Shown: positions 1 to 14,301, counted from the stretch's first letter. The stretch: 64,000 bases of DNA from Octopus sinensis (GCF_006345805.1 NC_042999.1:22258001-22322000), one strand, 5' to 3'. Program-made: numbers and translations. The notes: generated by a model from the letters alone, not told the origin.

Positions 1-1372
1 TGATGTGGCTGACGTAAGCTTTCTCGTTTTCGAAAATTCTGCGTTTGGAAATGTGATAATGCTTCCTTAAATCAGAGGATTTTTGAAGCGTTTCTCTCTG
101 TCTATATAAAGATGGTGTGCCTCATGATTTCGATCAGTGCTATATGGTGCTCATCCAGCACACTTAATATATGAACTATTATAGCATTCAGCAAATATAT
201 CGTGTTGTGTGCCGTTGGACCAAAGCTTCCAATGGTAAAATCCCGTGCCGTCACGCAACTGAACTAGAAATTGTATGAGGATTTCAAGTAACCAAATAGC
301 ATCTTATTGTAAAGCTGCTTTTAATCTTATTACTCACCTAAAATCATGGAACACATTGGCATGGTTCTCCGTCGGTTACGACTACGAGCGTTACATTTGA
401 TCCTATCAACCAAACAGCCTGCTCGTGAAATTAACGTACAAATGGCTGAGCCCTCTTCAGAGGTGCGTAACTTTAACGTATTTCTCCGGGAGATTCACTG
501 CGACTCAGAATGTGACAAGGCTATCCCTTTTAATCACAGGCACAAACCCTTTTTTCAAGTTGAATCGATTGAAAAAATGGGAAATAAAATATCTTGCTCA
601 AGGACGCAGCGTGTCGCCGGGATTTGAACACACGATCTTACGATCGTAGGCCAAATGCCGTAGCCACCAAGCCACGCGTCTTCATAGCCATGTTATAGAT
701 AGATACATACATACATACATACATACATACATACATACATTATTCGAATGATAATGTATTTTATCGATCCCAGCAGTCTAAAAGGTGCAGTTCATTTCAG
801 CTGAGGTCGACTTTGCCTTTCATCCTTTCGAGGTCGATTAAATAAGTACCAGTTACGCACTGGGGTCGATATAATTGGCTTAATCCGTTTGTCTGTCCTT
901 GTTTGTCCTCTCTGTGTATAGCCCCTTGTGGGCAGTAAAGAAATTATATTTTCGTCGTCTTATTCAATGAGAGTACGCAGCGCACATAAATTTACGTCAG
1001 CAGATATTATGGGGTTAAATTCGGTTTCGATTCCTATCCTAATCACTTTGATTTCAATTCAAACGCTTATTTTCTGGGTTAACGCCTGAATTACTTAACT
1101 TCTCTTTCCTCTTCAATAAAAATTGATTTCCCAAAGTATATGGTTACTTTCTAATGAAATTGACGAACATTTAGTTTCGTCAGTCTCACAGGGATGTAAA
1201 GTAAATTTTGCTGACAGCGGGATTTGCAGTATAAAGTTTAGAAAGATATTAACAAATATATTTTGAGTGTTGTTGTATTGTCTAAACATTGTAAACTCTA
1301 GAATGTGATATCTAATCAGGCATTTTAGAAATGATACACAAGGCTTCCATAAATTGATAGATAATTCTCACA

Positions 1373-1435
1373 ACTGCATTTTTACAGTAAGTTTGTTACC
1401 TTACTGCATTTTTACAGTAAGTTTGTTACCTTACT
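1373..1435. repeat. 30-bp tandem duplication
   Basis: ACTGCATTTTTACAGTAAGTTTGTTACCTT x2. Confidence 0.92.
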
Positions 1436-1554
1436 CATCTCGATTTCAACCTTTAGGGGATGATATTTTTCCTCGAAACTTTGCAGGGTCAATAAATACC
1501 ATCCAGCCATTAAAGACTACGGGTGTGTGTAAATAAACTTAATCTAGTTTATAT

Positions 1555-2402
1555 ATCGGTTTCAAATTTTGGCACAAGGTAGGCAATTTCGAAGGAAAGG
1601 TCAGTCGATTACATCGATCCCAGTTCTCAACTGGTACTTATTTTCTCGACCACGCAAGAATGAAATGTAAAGAAGGCTTCGGCGGAATTTGAACTCAGAA
1701 TGTGGAGAGCCGGAAGAAGAGCCGTTCATCACCTTGTCCCATGTGCTAACTTTTCTTATTTCTTTACTACCCACAAGGGGCTACACACAGAGAGGACAAA
1801 CAAGGACAGACAAACGGATTAAGTTGATTATATCGACCCCAGGGCGTAACTGGTACTTATTTAATAGACCTTGAAAGGATGAAAGGGAAAGCCGACCACG
1901 GCGGAATTTGAACTCAGAACATAACGGCAGACGAAATACCTATTTCTTTACCACCCACAAGGGGATAAACACAGAGGGGACAAAAAAAAGAAAAAAAAAG
2001 GATGTTAGTCGATTATATCGACCCCAGTGCGTGACTAGTACTTAATTTATCGACCCCGAAAGGATGAAAGGGAAAGTCGACCTCGGCGGAATTTGAACTC
2101 AGAACGTAACGGCAGACGAAATACGGCTACACATTTCGCCCGGCGTGCTAACATTTCTGCCAACTTGCTGTCTTAGGGTTTAATAAGTATTCTTTTCTAC
2201 TCTAGGCACAAGGCCCAAAATTTTGGGGGCGGGGGGCAGTCGACTAGATCTACCTCAGTACGCAAATGGTACTTATTTTATCGATCCCGAAAGGATGAAA
2301 GCAAAGTCGACCTCGGCGGAATTTTAACTCAGAACGTAAAGACAGACGAAATTCCGCTAAGTCTTTTGCCCGGTACGGTAACAATTCTCCCAGGTTGCTG
2401 CC
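1555..2402 (-). mobile_element. SINE family B cluster (multimeric copies)
   Basis: Repeated GTCGACCTCGGCGGAATTTGAACTCAGAACG blocks (reverse B box). A further + strand copy lies at ~795-945. Confidence 0.88.
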
Positions 2403-3666
2403 TTAAGTTTAATGTGTAAAGCTGAGCAATATTTATGGCTCCAAGCTGTTTTCAAAAGTACCAGTCACGTACTGGGGTGTACCACAATGGTTTAAACGCT
2501 TGACCATAACTTTTAGCCTTATACGTATGCCAGAATTCAATATTTAGGTAAAACGATATCAGTTCAGATGCAGTGTTAATAACACTGCCTAAAACATGAC
2601 ATAAACACCACAATCTTTTTCCTTCTCCTTTACTTTAAGAGAGAGATAGCGATTTATTACTAAGAAGAAAAAAAAGAATGAAAAATGGCCAAGAAGTATT
2701 GCCAATAATGTCAAGACGTACATGTATTGTTGGATACGATGTCGAAAATAAAAATTCACTCGGAATCCAGTTCAGGTTAGATATATTCCGGACATGAATT
2801 CTTTGTGTGGCCTCAGGTTAATTGTTGATGAAACCTAACTATTTGTCAATGTCTGGTTGTCTGTTTAGTGTCTATCATTAACTTGACCTTACGCTTTGGA
2901 ATCTAATTTCCAGCCAGTTAGCCCGAAGAAAGAAAACGAAGTCCCCAAAGAACAGTGACAGCGTTGAGCGATATTGATAGCATAGAATCTCACCTAAGAC
3001 AAGTCGATTTTACATTTTAACAGTCATTTTTCTTCCTCATTCAAAGAAAAGATGCTGTTTCTACTTTTGCTCTTAGCTTTCTTTTGTTTACTTTGGTTTT
3101 TATCTGTTAACTCATTCAAGACTGCACTAAACCTGTTATTTGTTAGACGATAAATTTATCGCCAATTTCCGTTCTTTTTGTTATCGTTTTCGGTCTTGTA
3201 TTTTGTAACGCCAAGTAATGATTTTGTGACATAGCAAAAAAAAGTGTCGATATTTTCTCTTCATTTTTTTTTTCTTGAGGTTATGGTTCTTTTATTTTTT
3301 ATCAGTTATTTTTTTTGCTTGTTTCAGCCATTAGACTGCGGCCATGCTACGGCACCACCTTGAATGATTTTAGTCGAATCACTTGACCCCAGTGTTAACG
3401 TTCTTAAGCTTGGTGCGTATTCTATCGGTCTCTTTGGCTGAACCGCTAAGTTACGAGACGTAAATACACCAACACCGGTAATCAAGTGGTGGTGGAGGAC
3501 AAACACACACACACACATATATATACATATAAATATACGACGGGCTTCTTTCAGTTTCCGTCTCCCAAATCCACACGCAAGTCTTTGGTCGATACGAGGA
3601 TATCGTCAAGCGTTGAGGATGACACACATACAAAGACACACACACACCTATATAAATCTATATATA

Positions 3667-4072
3667 GGCGCAGGACTGGCTGTGTGGTAAGTAGCTTGCT
3701 TACCAACCACATGGTTTCAGGTTCAGTCCCACTGCATGGCACCTTGGGCAAGTGTCTTCTACTATAGCCTCGGGATGACCAAAGCCTTGTGAGTGGATTT
3801 GGTAGACGGAAACTGAAAGAAGCCGGTCGTATATATGTATATGTATATATATGTGTATATGTGTGTGTGTGTCTGTGTTTGTCCCCCCCCCCAACATCGC
3901 TTGACAACCGATGCTGGTGTATTTACGTCCCCGTCACTTAGTGGTTCGGCAAAAATGACCGATAGAACAAGTACTAGGCTTACAAAGAATAAGTCCTGGG
4001 GTCGAATTGCTCGACTAAAGGCGGTGCTCCAGCATGGCCACAGTTAAATGACTGAAACAAATAAAAGAATAC
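3667..4072 (+). mobile_element. SINE family A, full length
   Basis: tRNA-like head (A box TGGCTGTGTGG, B box GGTTCAGTCC), CCTTGGGCAAGT core-like block, internal (TA)/(TG) microsatellite, LINE-derived 3' hairpin. A minus-strand copy lies at ~3316-3620. Confidence 0.9.
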
Positions 4073-5020
4073 ATATATCTGACGAACTTCTGAAGAGTTT
4101 CTGTCAACCAAATTCTCACACAAAGCATGGTCGACCTTAGGATATAGTTGAAGACACTTGGTCAAGACGTCACTCAGTGGAACTGAACCGCAAACCACAT
4201 GGTTGCAATATGAGCTTCTTAACCACACACCCATTCCTGTACCTATAAATCTGTTTTTCAAATTTCACCCTATCAACCTTTAAAAAAATTTGTTAGAATA
4301 CAGCGAATTGTGTAACCATGGATGCATGAAACACGGAGCCTGAAATTTAGAAAACATGATAGTCGCGTTAAAACACTTTTGAGAATATTTCTTATCAGGG
4401 GCTGATCTAGGCAAAACAACAACATGAAGAACATGAGCGCACTTGACAGGCGGCGATACGTAACGCTGTACTACTGAGCCAACAGGACGCTAGAAATAAC
4501 AATCAAATTCCCTCAAGTCACACCCTACCGTGTTTACAAAAAAGGAGGGACATATTGGCCATTGTCGTCCAAGATCTACGAAAAAGGATGTTCTGGTTTG
4601 GAATATCCTTGATCGTATATCTGCTTAATCCCAAGGCTGATCTGAGCTAAAGTACTATATAACAGCAACAACAAGATGAATCGTGCAACACAAGAAACAT
4701 AACACCAAAGTGGTAAATGGGCACAGAGCGGTGGCGGGAAAAGGTATACAGATAGACAAACAGACAGACAGATACATGGCTGAACAAACGAAGGCTCATT
4801 CTATTTGGATGGTCACTATGGATTAAGATCAGATCATTTTAACGATGAATTTCGTTATCTTTGATCAGTATTCATATTTAAGAACTACTTTCGGGGGAAC
4901 ATTCGTAAATCTCCGTAAAAATAGGATACTGATATTCTACTCATGTCTCTGGGAGAAAGATTTGATGTCGCTAATATAATACAGGAAGCCATAGATTCTC
5001 TATTATAGTTGTTGTTGCTG

Positions 5021-5178
5021 TAGGAGTGGCTGTGTGGTAAGTAGCTTGCTTACCAACCACATGGTTCCGGGTTCAGTCCCACTGCGTGGCACTTTGGGCA
5101 AGTGTCTTCTACTATAGCCTCGGGCCGACAAAATCCTTGTGAGTGGATTTGGTAGACGGAAACTGAAAGAAGGCCGTC

Positions 5179-5249
<71 letters not shown>

Positions 5250-5457
5250 TGTGTCTGTGTTTGTCCCCCCAACATCGCTTGACAACCGATACTGATGTGT
5301 TTATGTCCCCGTAACTTAGCGGTTCGGCAAAAGAGACCGATAGAATAAGTACTAGGCCTACAAAGAATAAGTCCTGGGGTCTATTTGCTCGACTAAAGGA
5401 GTTGCTCCAGCATGGCCACAGTCAAATGGCTGAAACAAGTAAAAGAGTAAAAGAGAG
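5021..5457 (+). mobile_element. SINE family A, full length
   Basis: Same consensus as 3667-4072. An older diverged copy lies on the minus strand at ~5570-5960. Confidence 0.9.
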
Positions 5458-7279
5458 TTGTATAGCCGAGACCAACCCAGTTTGAGCAAACATTTTTTTC
5501 AAAGCCATTACAGCTGTGACCATCCCTTCCTTTTAAGGAATGTCTAGAACTGCATTATATCTTTTATTTTATCTTTTATCTGTTTCAGTGATTGGATAGC
5601 GACCATGCTGTAGCACCGCCATGAAATGTCTAGTGGAACAAGTCGATCGTAATACTTATTTTTTAAGTCTCAGACTTATTTTATCACATCTTATGGCCGA
5701 AACGTTGGTTTATGGAGGCGTAAACAAACCAACAACGGTTGAAAACGGTGGAGGGGCAAACACACATGCACACATACACATATGTATGTATTATTTGACG
5801 GGCTACCACGCAGTTTCCATCAGCTAAATTCACATACAATATACTGGTGGGTCCGGAGCTACAGTAGGAGACGCTGACCGAAGATACCACAAAGTGGGAC
5901 TGAACCTGGAGCTACATGGTTTCAAAGCTAGCTTCTTAACCACAAAGCCATGCCTGCATTTACAATGTGTCCTTTTATATATATATATGAGATGTAGAAA
6001 GTGGTTTGAGAGAGAGATTTGGCTGCTATTTCTAGGAGACCGAGCGACTATGTGAAGATGTCCTTGATATGTTTGTATCATCAGAAGGCGCAGTTCATCT
6101 CTTGAAGCTGGAGGTAACCTGATACAGTCTGTAATATAAATGTCCTTTCGTCCAGTTTCGATGTTGTGCTAAAACCAACCAGAAGCTTACTAAGGCAATG
6201 AAGCTGTCTGTACACGGCCTACTCAAAAGTGTTATTTATCCCCGATGCTCTATATAAAGACAGCGTTGTCAGTAGATTCTCCACGATCTAATGCACATTA
6301 TTAATGAATTCATGATGGTAATGAAGACACAGTCTAAAGACCATTAATAAAGCTTATCTAATATCAAATTCGCTGAGCAAGAATTTTCATTAACGAATAC
6401 AATAGTAAATTATTTTGCAAACGCCATGTTGTTTGTGAATATTTGACATTTAATTCTAATAGTTACAAGTTAGCCTTATTCCTGCCTACAGAATTAAAAG
6501 TCAACAGCGTAAGCTTACGATATGGTGTTTCATCAGTTATACAGTCAGTGCATCCTCTGTTTACTGTGTTCTAAGACTGCATTCACGCAGATATTTCTGG
6601 CATTCGATATATGTTAACAGCTAGCTGGACAAGATCAAAAAATAAAACACGCAAAATAAGATACAAACCGTTGTCTGATACTATCCATTTCTATCTTTCT
6701 TTCTTTATTTTTTTTATTTTTCTCCGCCCCCTCACTCTCTCTCTCCCTCTGGACCAAGTCATCTGCGTCTCTTAACTCAAATAGAAAATTAAATAGTAGA
6801 TAAAACGGAAATGTCAACACACGTTTTTCAACGATAATTCTAACTTTAATGAATTCGCTATGTGCATACAAAATCAATACAAACGTCTTCGTTTAACTTT
6901 AGACAGAGGATAAAATATACAAAGACCAAAAGCTTAATATGCAAAACTGGAAAATAGCGTGAGCTAATGTCAAATAAATAAGAATAGTTTTCCTCTGAAG
7001 CAACTGTTACAATTTGTAGATGTCTGCATCATGTTCTTTTCTTCCATTCATTATTTCTGTGTCTCTATATTTCTGTCTCGTTTTCTTATACACCAAACCT
7101 TTCTTCCCTTTTAGCTTTCTTATTTTATTGATTGCTTGACATTTTTACATTTCTCCATTTCCTTTCACAACAATCTTTATTCTTTTGTTTTCTTTATTTT
7201 TTAATTAATTTCTTCAATGACCTTATGTTTCATTCACTACTGGAAATTTACTGTCAGCAGATCTCTTCAGAAAGCATTA

Positions 7280-7311
7280 GCTATATATACATATATATAA
7301 GTATATATATA

Positions 7312-7352
<41 letters not shown>

Positions 7353-7535
7353 CATGTATATATATATGTGTGTGTGTATGAATGTATATATAATATATAT
7401 ATATACATGTATGTATATATATGCAGATATGTGTGTATATATATATTATATGATATATATATGCATATATAAATATATTGTACATATGTATGTATATATG
7501 TATATATGTATGTATGTATAGATGTGTATATATGG

Positions 7536-7568
<33 letters not shown>

Positions 7569-7577
7569 TGTATGTAA

Positions 7578-7616
<39 letters not shown>

Positions 7617-7778
7617 AGATGTGTATATATGGATATATATATATGTATATATATATATATAGATGTATATATATATATGTATATATATATATGTGTTATA
7701 TGTGTATATATATATTATATTATATATATATACTATATATATATATATATATTTATGTTTTAATGTATATATATATAT
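7280..7778. repeat. Compound (TA)n/(TATG)n microsatellite
   Basis: Direct reading. Similar blocks at ~10883-11105, 21296-21445, 41420-42130 and 55485-55930. Confidence 0.95.
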
Positions 7779-10700
7779 GATTGATTGATTGACTGATTCT
7801 AGTTTCAGCTTATGAGCTGTGGCCATGCTGGGGCACCGCCATTTGGTGTTGCTACTTGGTTTCACTTCATGGGGGCTTTCTAGCAACTGCTATTTGGTGC
7901 ATGAGAGAGTTCGATGCAGCTGCCCCTCCTGCCGTGAAGTTGGTTCATCTGGGACACCTGACAGGTAGAGATCCAGCTTCATTTTAAAGACATCTGTATC
8001 CACCCCATGCAGGTCTCTCAGGTTCTGCGGGAGGATATTGAAGAGCTGTGGGCCTCGGAAGCCCAGGCTATCACAGAATCTTGTCCTACATCTTGATGGC
8101 AGGTTTGGAGTCCTAGGCACCACGCAGTGGCGCCCAGTTCTGGCATTTGCGTAACTCTCGATGCCAAAGTTCAGGACACTTCCCTCCAGGATCTTCCAGA
8201 TGTATATTATGGCATATCTTTCCCGCCTACGCTCCAGGGAATATAATTTTAATCTCTTGAGTCTTTCCCAGTAGCTTACATTCTGCATAGAGGCTATCTT
8301 CTTCGTGTAGCTTCGTTGGATCGCCTCAAGTTCTGTGATCAACTTGACACTGGATGGTGACCATAGCTGAGAGCAATAGTCAAAGTGGCTTAGGACAAGT
8401 GTCTTCCAGAGGACCATCATGGTTTCTTGTTCTCTTGTTCTAAAGGTTCTAAGAATCCATCCAGCCAGCCGTCTACATTTCATTGTCAGTTTAGCAACAT
8501 GTACATGAAATGTCGCGTCATCACTCATGTGAATACCCAGGTCACGCACTGATTGTGCCTCTGGGATTGCAATCCCTCCGGGTCCAGTGTATTCATTGGG
8601 TATTGCATTCAGTTTTGCATGCTGATAGTATAAAGCTTGAAACTTCCCAGCATTGAACTGCATGCTATTCTTTTCAGCCCACTTGTATATTTCGTCCAGC
8701 TCACATTGCAGGTGTTTAGTGTCCTCAGGGTTCTGTATTGCCTGTGAAACTTTTGTATCATCTGCATAACTTGTGATCGTGGCTCTCTGCGTGGCTGAGG
8801 GCATGTCTGAGAGGGCCATTATGAACAGTAGTGGTCCCGAACAGTGCCCTGCGGAACACCGCTCACTATTTGTGTGTTAATGGAGGTGGCCCCATTGGCT
8901 ACTACCACCTGACTTCTATCCTTCAGAAAGTCATGAAGCCATTCTCCCAGTTTTCCAACTATGTTGAGATCACGCAGTTTGTGACATATCATTCCATGAT
9001 CGACTTTATCAAAGGCCTTTGCAAAGTCGAGATATATCACTTCCACATTTGAGTGGTTGAGCAGCCGTTTCAGCACCCAGTCATAGTGTTGTAGGAGCTG
9101 AGTTAAACAGCTTCTCCCTGGTCGGAAACCATGTTGGGTTGTCGGGCAGCAAGTCATTCTCTTCAAGGAAGGTGATCAGCTTCCTTCTGACTATTCGTTC
9201 CATGACCTTGCTGATGTGTGGGTCAGAGAGATAGGTCTATAGTTCTTGGCTTCCGCTCTGCTACCTCCTTTATGAATGGGGCATATTTTACCTTCCTTCA
9301 GTTTTCCTGGAAGTTTGCCAGCTGCAAGGAAGCTCTGAAAGAGGAACTGCAGTGGTCTTGCTAGGACTCTCTTACATGCTTTTAGGAGGATTGCCGGGAA
9401 TCCATCGGGGCCAGTAGCTGAGTCTGTTTTCATTTCATCTATAGCCTTGGTTACATCGTCTTCTTTATATCGATGTAATATTATCGTCGCCGCCTCTGAT
9501 TTTATATCTGCAGTGGTAAAAAGTCAGTTGGATTGGTGATTTGGAGATGCCCAAGGGGTGGAGTGAAAACACTCTTGAATTGCTCATTCAGTATTTCACT
9601 TACCCTCATTGGTTTTCCTGTAAGTGTGCCATCCTTTTCGAGGAGTGGCCCTATTCTACAGTGCACTGTAGCTGTTTCTTTGGCATACCTGTAGAAAGCT
9701 CTGGGTAGATTTTATGTTTTCTATAGCCCAGGCTTCTTTGTCTGCTCTTTTTTTCATGGGAGAGTTGCAGACATTTTTCGATTTCCAACAGTTTTATTTT
9801 TAGGCGGGACTTTTCACTGCTTTCAGTCTGTTGTTTAGGCGATTTGAAAATTCGTACGCCCCCTCATATCATAAAATTTTCCTCTCTCTGGGGATTTTGT
9901 TCTTGTGTACAGTGGCCTTTCTCTCTGGGACACATTTGTAGCATATGGCTTGCATTACAGACATGAATTGTTGAAGTTTCACGTCGATGTCTGGCGAGGA
10001 GAGACATTTAGGCCAGTTTTGTTTGAGGATCTCTTTCTCAATTTGTTTCCAGTTGCCTTATGGTAGTTCAAGCTGGAAAGATTTTGAGGGTTTCTTGTAG
10101 GCTGCATGTCCGTGCTCTCTTTTGGCCCGTACATGGTCAGCTCTATCATGTTGTGATCCGAGAGTAGTGTCGGTCTTGTCACTTTCACATTATGGATGAG
10201 ATCCATGTCATTTGTGAAGCAGAGATCCAGTGTGTACCTGCCTGGTTGGTTGGAGTATTACCTGCTCCATGTACAGGGTGTTGATGAGGTTCAGGAGGGA
10301 CCTCGCCTGTCCTCGTTCACATCTTGTCATTCCTGGGAGAGAAAGGCCCTCGGGCCATCTGACATTGGGCAGATTGAAGTCTCCCATAAGAAGCACACCT
10401 ATGTGTTGTTCTAATGTGGTTAGAATTTCTTCTATTTTTATAAGGCAGTCTTCAAACTTGCCCACATGGCTTGGGGCATCTGGAGGGGATATGTAGCACA
10501 CACACACAATGTAATTTGCCTAATATGTACAATTAGTTGTGTGACCAGTCCACCGGTTTGAGTTATGACACCAGAGGATTGGGGTGTGAGGTCCTCACGG
10601 ATGTACATAGCAACACCTCCATGACTCCTTTCTTTCCTGCGGTCCGTAGTACAGCATACTGTGGTATGTGTAACTCCGCATCTGCTATGTCCGGGTTCAG

Positions 10701-10882
10701 GTGCGTTTCTGTAAGTGCTATGCATAAGGCTTGATTGCATGCAACAAAGTCTCTCAGGAACGGGATCTTTGTCCTGTTACTGAGTGTTTGCAGTCCTCTG
10801 ATGTTCAGTAGGAGCATCGAGGTGAGGTGTACGTTGTTGCCGGCGGTTGTCCATCCGGGGTCTGTTTGCTGTGGTGGTCTGC
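7779..10882 (-). mobile_element. CR1/L2-group (APE-RT) LINE, ~3.1 kb, 5'-truncated
   Basis: APE and RT motifs in order, 3' UTR ending in a stem-loop, then an (AATC)n tail at 7779-7799. Confidence 0.93.
7890..10817 (-). pseudogene. LINE ORF2 (AP endonuclease + reverse transcriptase), multiply frameshifted
   Basis: APE: LLNIRGL, IALTETHL, GGVAMYI, LMGDFNLP, SDHNMI. RT: GPDGF, NYRPISL, QHGFRPGRSC, YLDFAKAFDKVDH, GVPQGTV, YADDTK. C-terminus: SLERRRERY, GPQLFNILP. Confidence 0.93.
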
Positions 10883-11074
10883 TATATATATTATATATAT
10901 AATGTATGTATATATATATATATATATATAATGTATGTATATGTATATATATATATATAATATATATATAATGTATGTATATGTATATATATATATATAT
11001 ATATAATGTATGTATATTGTATATATTATATATAATATAATGTATGTATATGTATAATGTATGTATATGTATAC

Positions 11075-11105
<31 letters not shown>

Positions 11106-11280
11106 AAGTACAATGTAAGATAGGGGTTATGAGTGTAACCCACTATGGTATATCATTTATCCAATATACTGCCAGTAAAGTACCCAGAAGGTTAATACAT
11201 AAATGCTAAGAATTGCAATGCAATTATTTCATTTATTGTATTATATGGGAGAAGGTAAAATGTTTTACCTCAAATTCATA

Positions 11281-11788
11281 ATACAAAATATGAAAATGGA
11301 GGAATAGATTTCTTTCAGTCATCAACTTCCAGATAATACCAATTCATATAATTTATCAACTAATTATTTAGATTAAATAGGAACATCCAAATCCAACAGA
11401 ATAATACAGAATAAAACAATATACATCAATAAGTAAGATAATACCATAAGAATAATACATATATAATGAATCTTACAGCTGTTTCAGCCTGTAGATAAGA
11501 GTATCTCATTATGCCCATATTAGTCAGATGTATTGAGGTAATATGCAGTTAAAAAATATGGGCGTAATGAGATACTCTTATCTACAGGCTGAAACAGCTG
11601 TAACATCCATTATATATGTATTATTCTTATGATATTATCTTACTTATTGATGTATATTGTTTTATTCTGTATTATCTGTTGGATTTGGATGTTCCTATTT
11701 AATCTAAATAATTAGTTAATAATTATATGAATTGGTATTATCTGGAAGTTGATGACTGAAAGAAATCTATTCCTCCATTTTCTTATTT

Positions 11789-11793
<5 letters not shown>
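11281..11793. repeat. Fold-back palindrome, 240-bp arms, 35-nt spacer
   Basis: Arms 11281-11520 and 11556-11793. Each contains the GAAA-CAGCTG-TA hammerhead half-core. Confidence 0.92.
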
Positions 11794-11834
<41 letters not shown>

Positions 11835-12084
11835 GTATGTATGTATGTATGTATGTATATATGTATGTATGTATATATGTGTATATATGTATAACTATAT
11901 ATATATGTATGTATGTATGTATATATGTATGTATATATGTGTATATATGTATAACTATATATATATGTATATATGTATATCTATGTACATATGTATATAT
12001 ATATGTGTGTGTGTGTGCGTATGTGTGTGTATGTGTGTATGTGTGTGTGTGTGAATGTATGTATGTACACATACATAAGTATAT

Positions 12085-12570
12085 ACATACGGACTGTGTA
12101 TCGTAAGCACTTAAAACTTGAGGAGCATTTTCATCAACAATGTCACAGAAGGATTTTGAGGATCAGCTGGAAAATGTTTCTGAGTGACGATGAGGTGCTT
12201 GAAAAGGGGAAAGAGGGAAAAGAAAGGAAAAAGAGAGAATACCTTGAAAGAGGGAAACTCTTCAGTATTGAAGCTTTGCTATTGCAGTACAGATTGTTAT
12301 GGAGCGACCAGTTAGTCAGGATGACAGACAACAATGCCTAAACAACGTTTAAACCAAGAATTGGTGACACGTAAGTGTCCGTCCTACAAATCTATGATGA
12401 GGTACTAAACTTGTCTGAAGTCGGGATTGTATAAGATAAATGTTCCAATTGACAACTGGGAAGATTTAGGGGATTGTCGCGAAAAATGGGGAAAAAATTG
12501 TGTATGAAAGCAAAAATGAATTTGAAAGGAAGAAAATGTATCATGCAAAGATCAAGAGAAAGATGAGAAA
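12085..12570 (+). mobile_element. RTE LINE fragment (post-RT region)
   Basis: [52 protein letters not shown], an RTE-typical C-terminal segment. Confidence 0.75.
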
Positions 12571-12612
12571 AAGTGACATGAATTAATGGATGATCTTATA
12601 TGTGATGAATAA

Positions 12613-12879
12613 TGGAGGCACATGGCCTAGTGGATAGAGCAGCGGATTCGCGGTCGAGGGATCGCAGGTTCGAATCTCAGACCGGGAGATGTGTGTGTTT
12701 ATGAGCGAAACACCTAAGCTCCACGTTTCTCCGGCAGAAGGTACTAGCGAACTTCTGATGACTCTTTCGCCACAACTTACTCACACTCTTTCCTTCTGCA
12801 TCTTGCAGGTGGGGAACCTATACACCAAGGAAACCAGGAAACCGGCCCTTATGAGCCAGGCGTCGCTCGAGAAGGAACA
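12613..12879 (+). mobile_element. SINE family C, tail type 2
   Basis: Related head and body, but 3' end GGAAACCGGCCC..GCTCGAGAAGGAACA. Second copy at 58228-58508 (+). Confidence 0.85.
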
Positions 12880-13899
12880 TGTGATGGATGGAGAAAGATT
12901 TGTCTTAGTAGGGCTGGGCTGAAGTGCCATATGAAACCACACATTGCACAACCGCACATTGATATTACATGGACAGAAAATTTGTATATAATTAGTACTA
13001 GGGTCTTACTTAATCTACATATACATATATATTTGCATTAGCGATAAATCAATTACATACATATATAGAGAGGGATTTACATATACATACTTGTACACAT
13101 ACATATAGATCAATATATGCTCATACATAAGCATTTGAATTAATTTTTTTACAATCCAGTAATTCTTTCACACGGAATTTCGTCCATCTACGCACCAATA
13201 TCCCTGATAAGGCTTAGGTATAAGAGAATTGAATTATTTATGTATCAAAAAATGTATAAGTCGAAACAAACTGTTGGCTTTTTTGGTTGGTTATATTATA
13301 TTATATTCATATAGTAGGAGCACTCCGTCGATTACGACGATGAAGGTCCCAGCTGTTACGATCAACGGAACAGCTTGCTCGTGATATTAACGTGCAAGTG
13401 GCTGAGCATTCCACAGACACGTGTACCCTTAACGTAGTTCTCGAGGAGATTCAGCGTGACACAGAGTGGGACAAGGCTGGCCCATTGAAATACAGGTACA
13501 ACAGAAACAGGAAGTAAGAGTGAGAGAAAGTTGAGGTGAAAGAGTACAGCAGGGTTCACCACCACCCCCTGCAGGAGCCTTGTGAGACTTTAGGTGTTTT
13601 CGCTCAATAAACACTCGCAGTGCCCGGTCAGGGAATCGAAACCGCGATCCTATGACCGCGAGTCCGCTGCCCTAACCACTAGGCCATTGCGCCTCCACAT
13701 TATATTCATAGAATATTATGTTATAATATAAATAAATTATTGGTTGTTATTTTCATCTCTCTATTTAATTTCTTGCTTATAATTTACACTATATCTATAT
13801 TTATGTGGTATTCAACCGACGTATTGGATGTTTTACACACCTCTTTGAAGGAATTTTTTCCTTTGTTTGTTACCTTATATATATATATCTTTCTCTCTT

Positions 13900-14282
13900 T
13901 TACTCTCTTTTACATATTTCAGTCAGTTGACTGCGGCCACGCTGGAGCACCGCCTTTAGTCGAGCAACTCGACCCCTGTGACTTATTCTTGGTAAGCCCA
14001 GTACTCATTCTATCGGTCTTTTTTGCCGAACCGCTAAGTGACGGGGACATAAACACAACAGCAACGGTTGTCAAGCAATGTCGTCACGCACACACACATA
14101 TATATATATACATATATACGACGGGCTTCTTTCAGTTTCCGTCTACCAAATCCACTCACAAGGCTTTGGTTGGCCCGAGGCTATAGTAGAAGACATTTGC
14201 CCAAGATGCCACGCAGTGGGACTGAATCTGGAAGAATGTGGTTGGTAAGCAAGCTACTTACCACACAGCCACTCCTGCGCCT
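13900..14282 (-). mobile_element. SINE family A
   Basis: Reverse complement of the family A consensus. Confidence 0.9.
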
Positions 14283-14301
14283 ATATATATATATATATAT
14301 A

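Noticed and set aside
3667-3745. tRNA-like sequences at SINE heads
   Set aside because: A and B boxes are present, but the sequence continues into SINE bodies and no complete cloverleaf could be drawn, so these are not called tRNA genes.
4470-4680. Old dispersed repeat with GCTAGAAATA.CA.CCAAAT motif (also ~5985, 54575, 58920, 59930, 60640)
   Set aside because: Probably an ancient SINE-like family, but too diverged to delimit or classify by eye.
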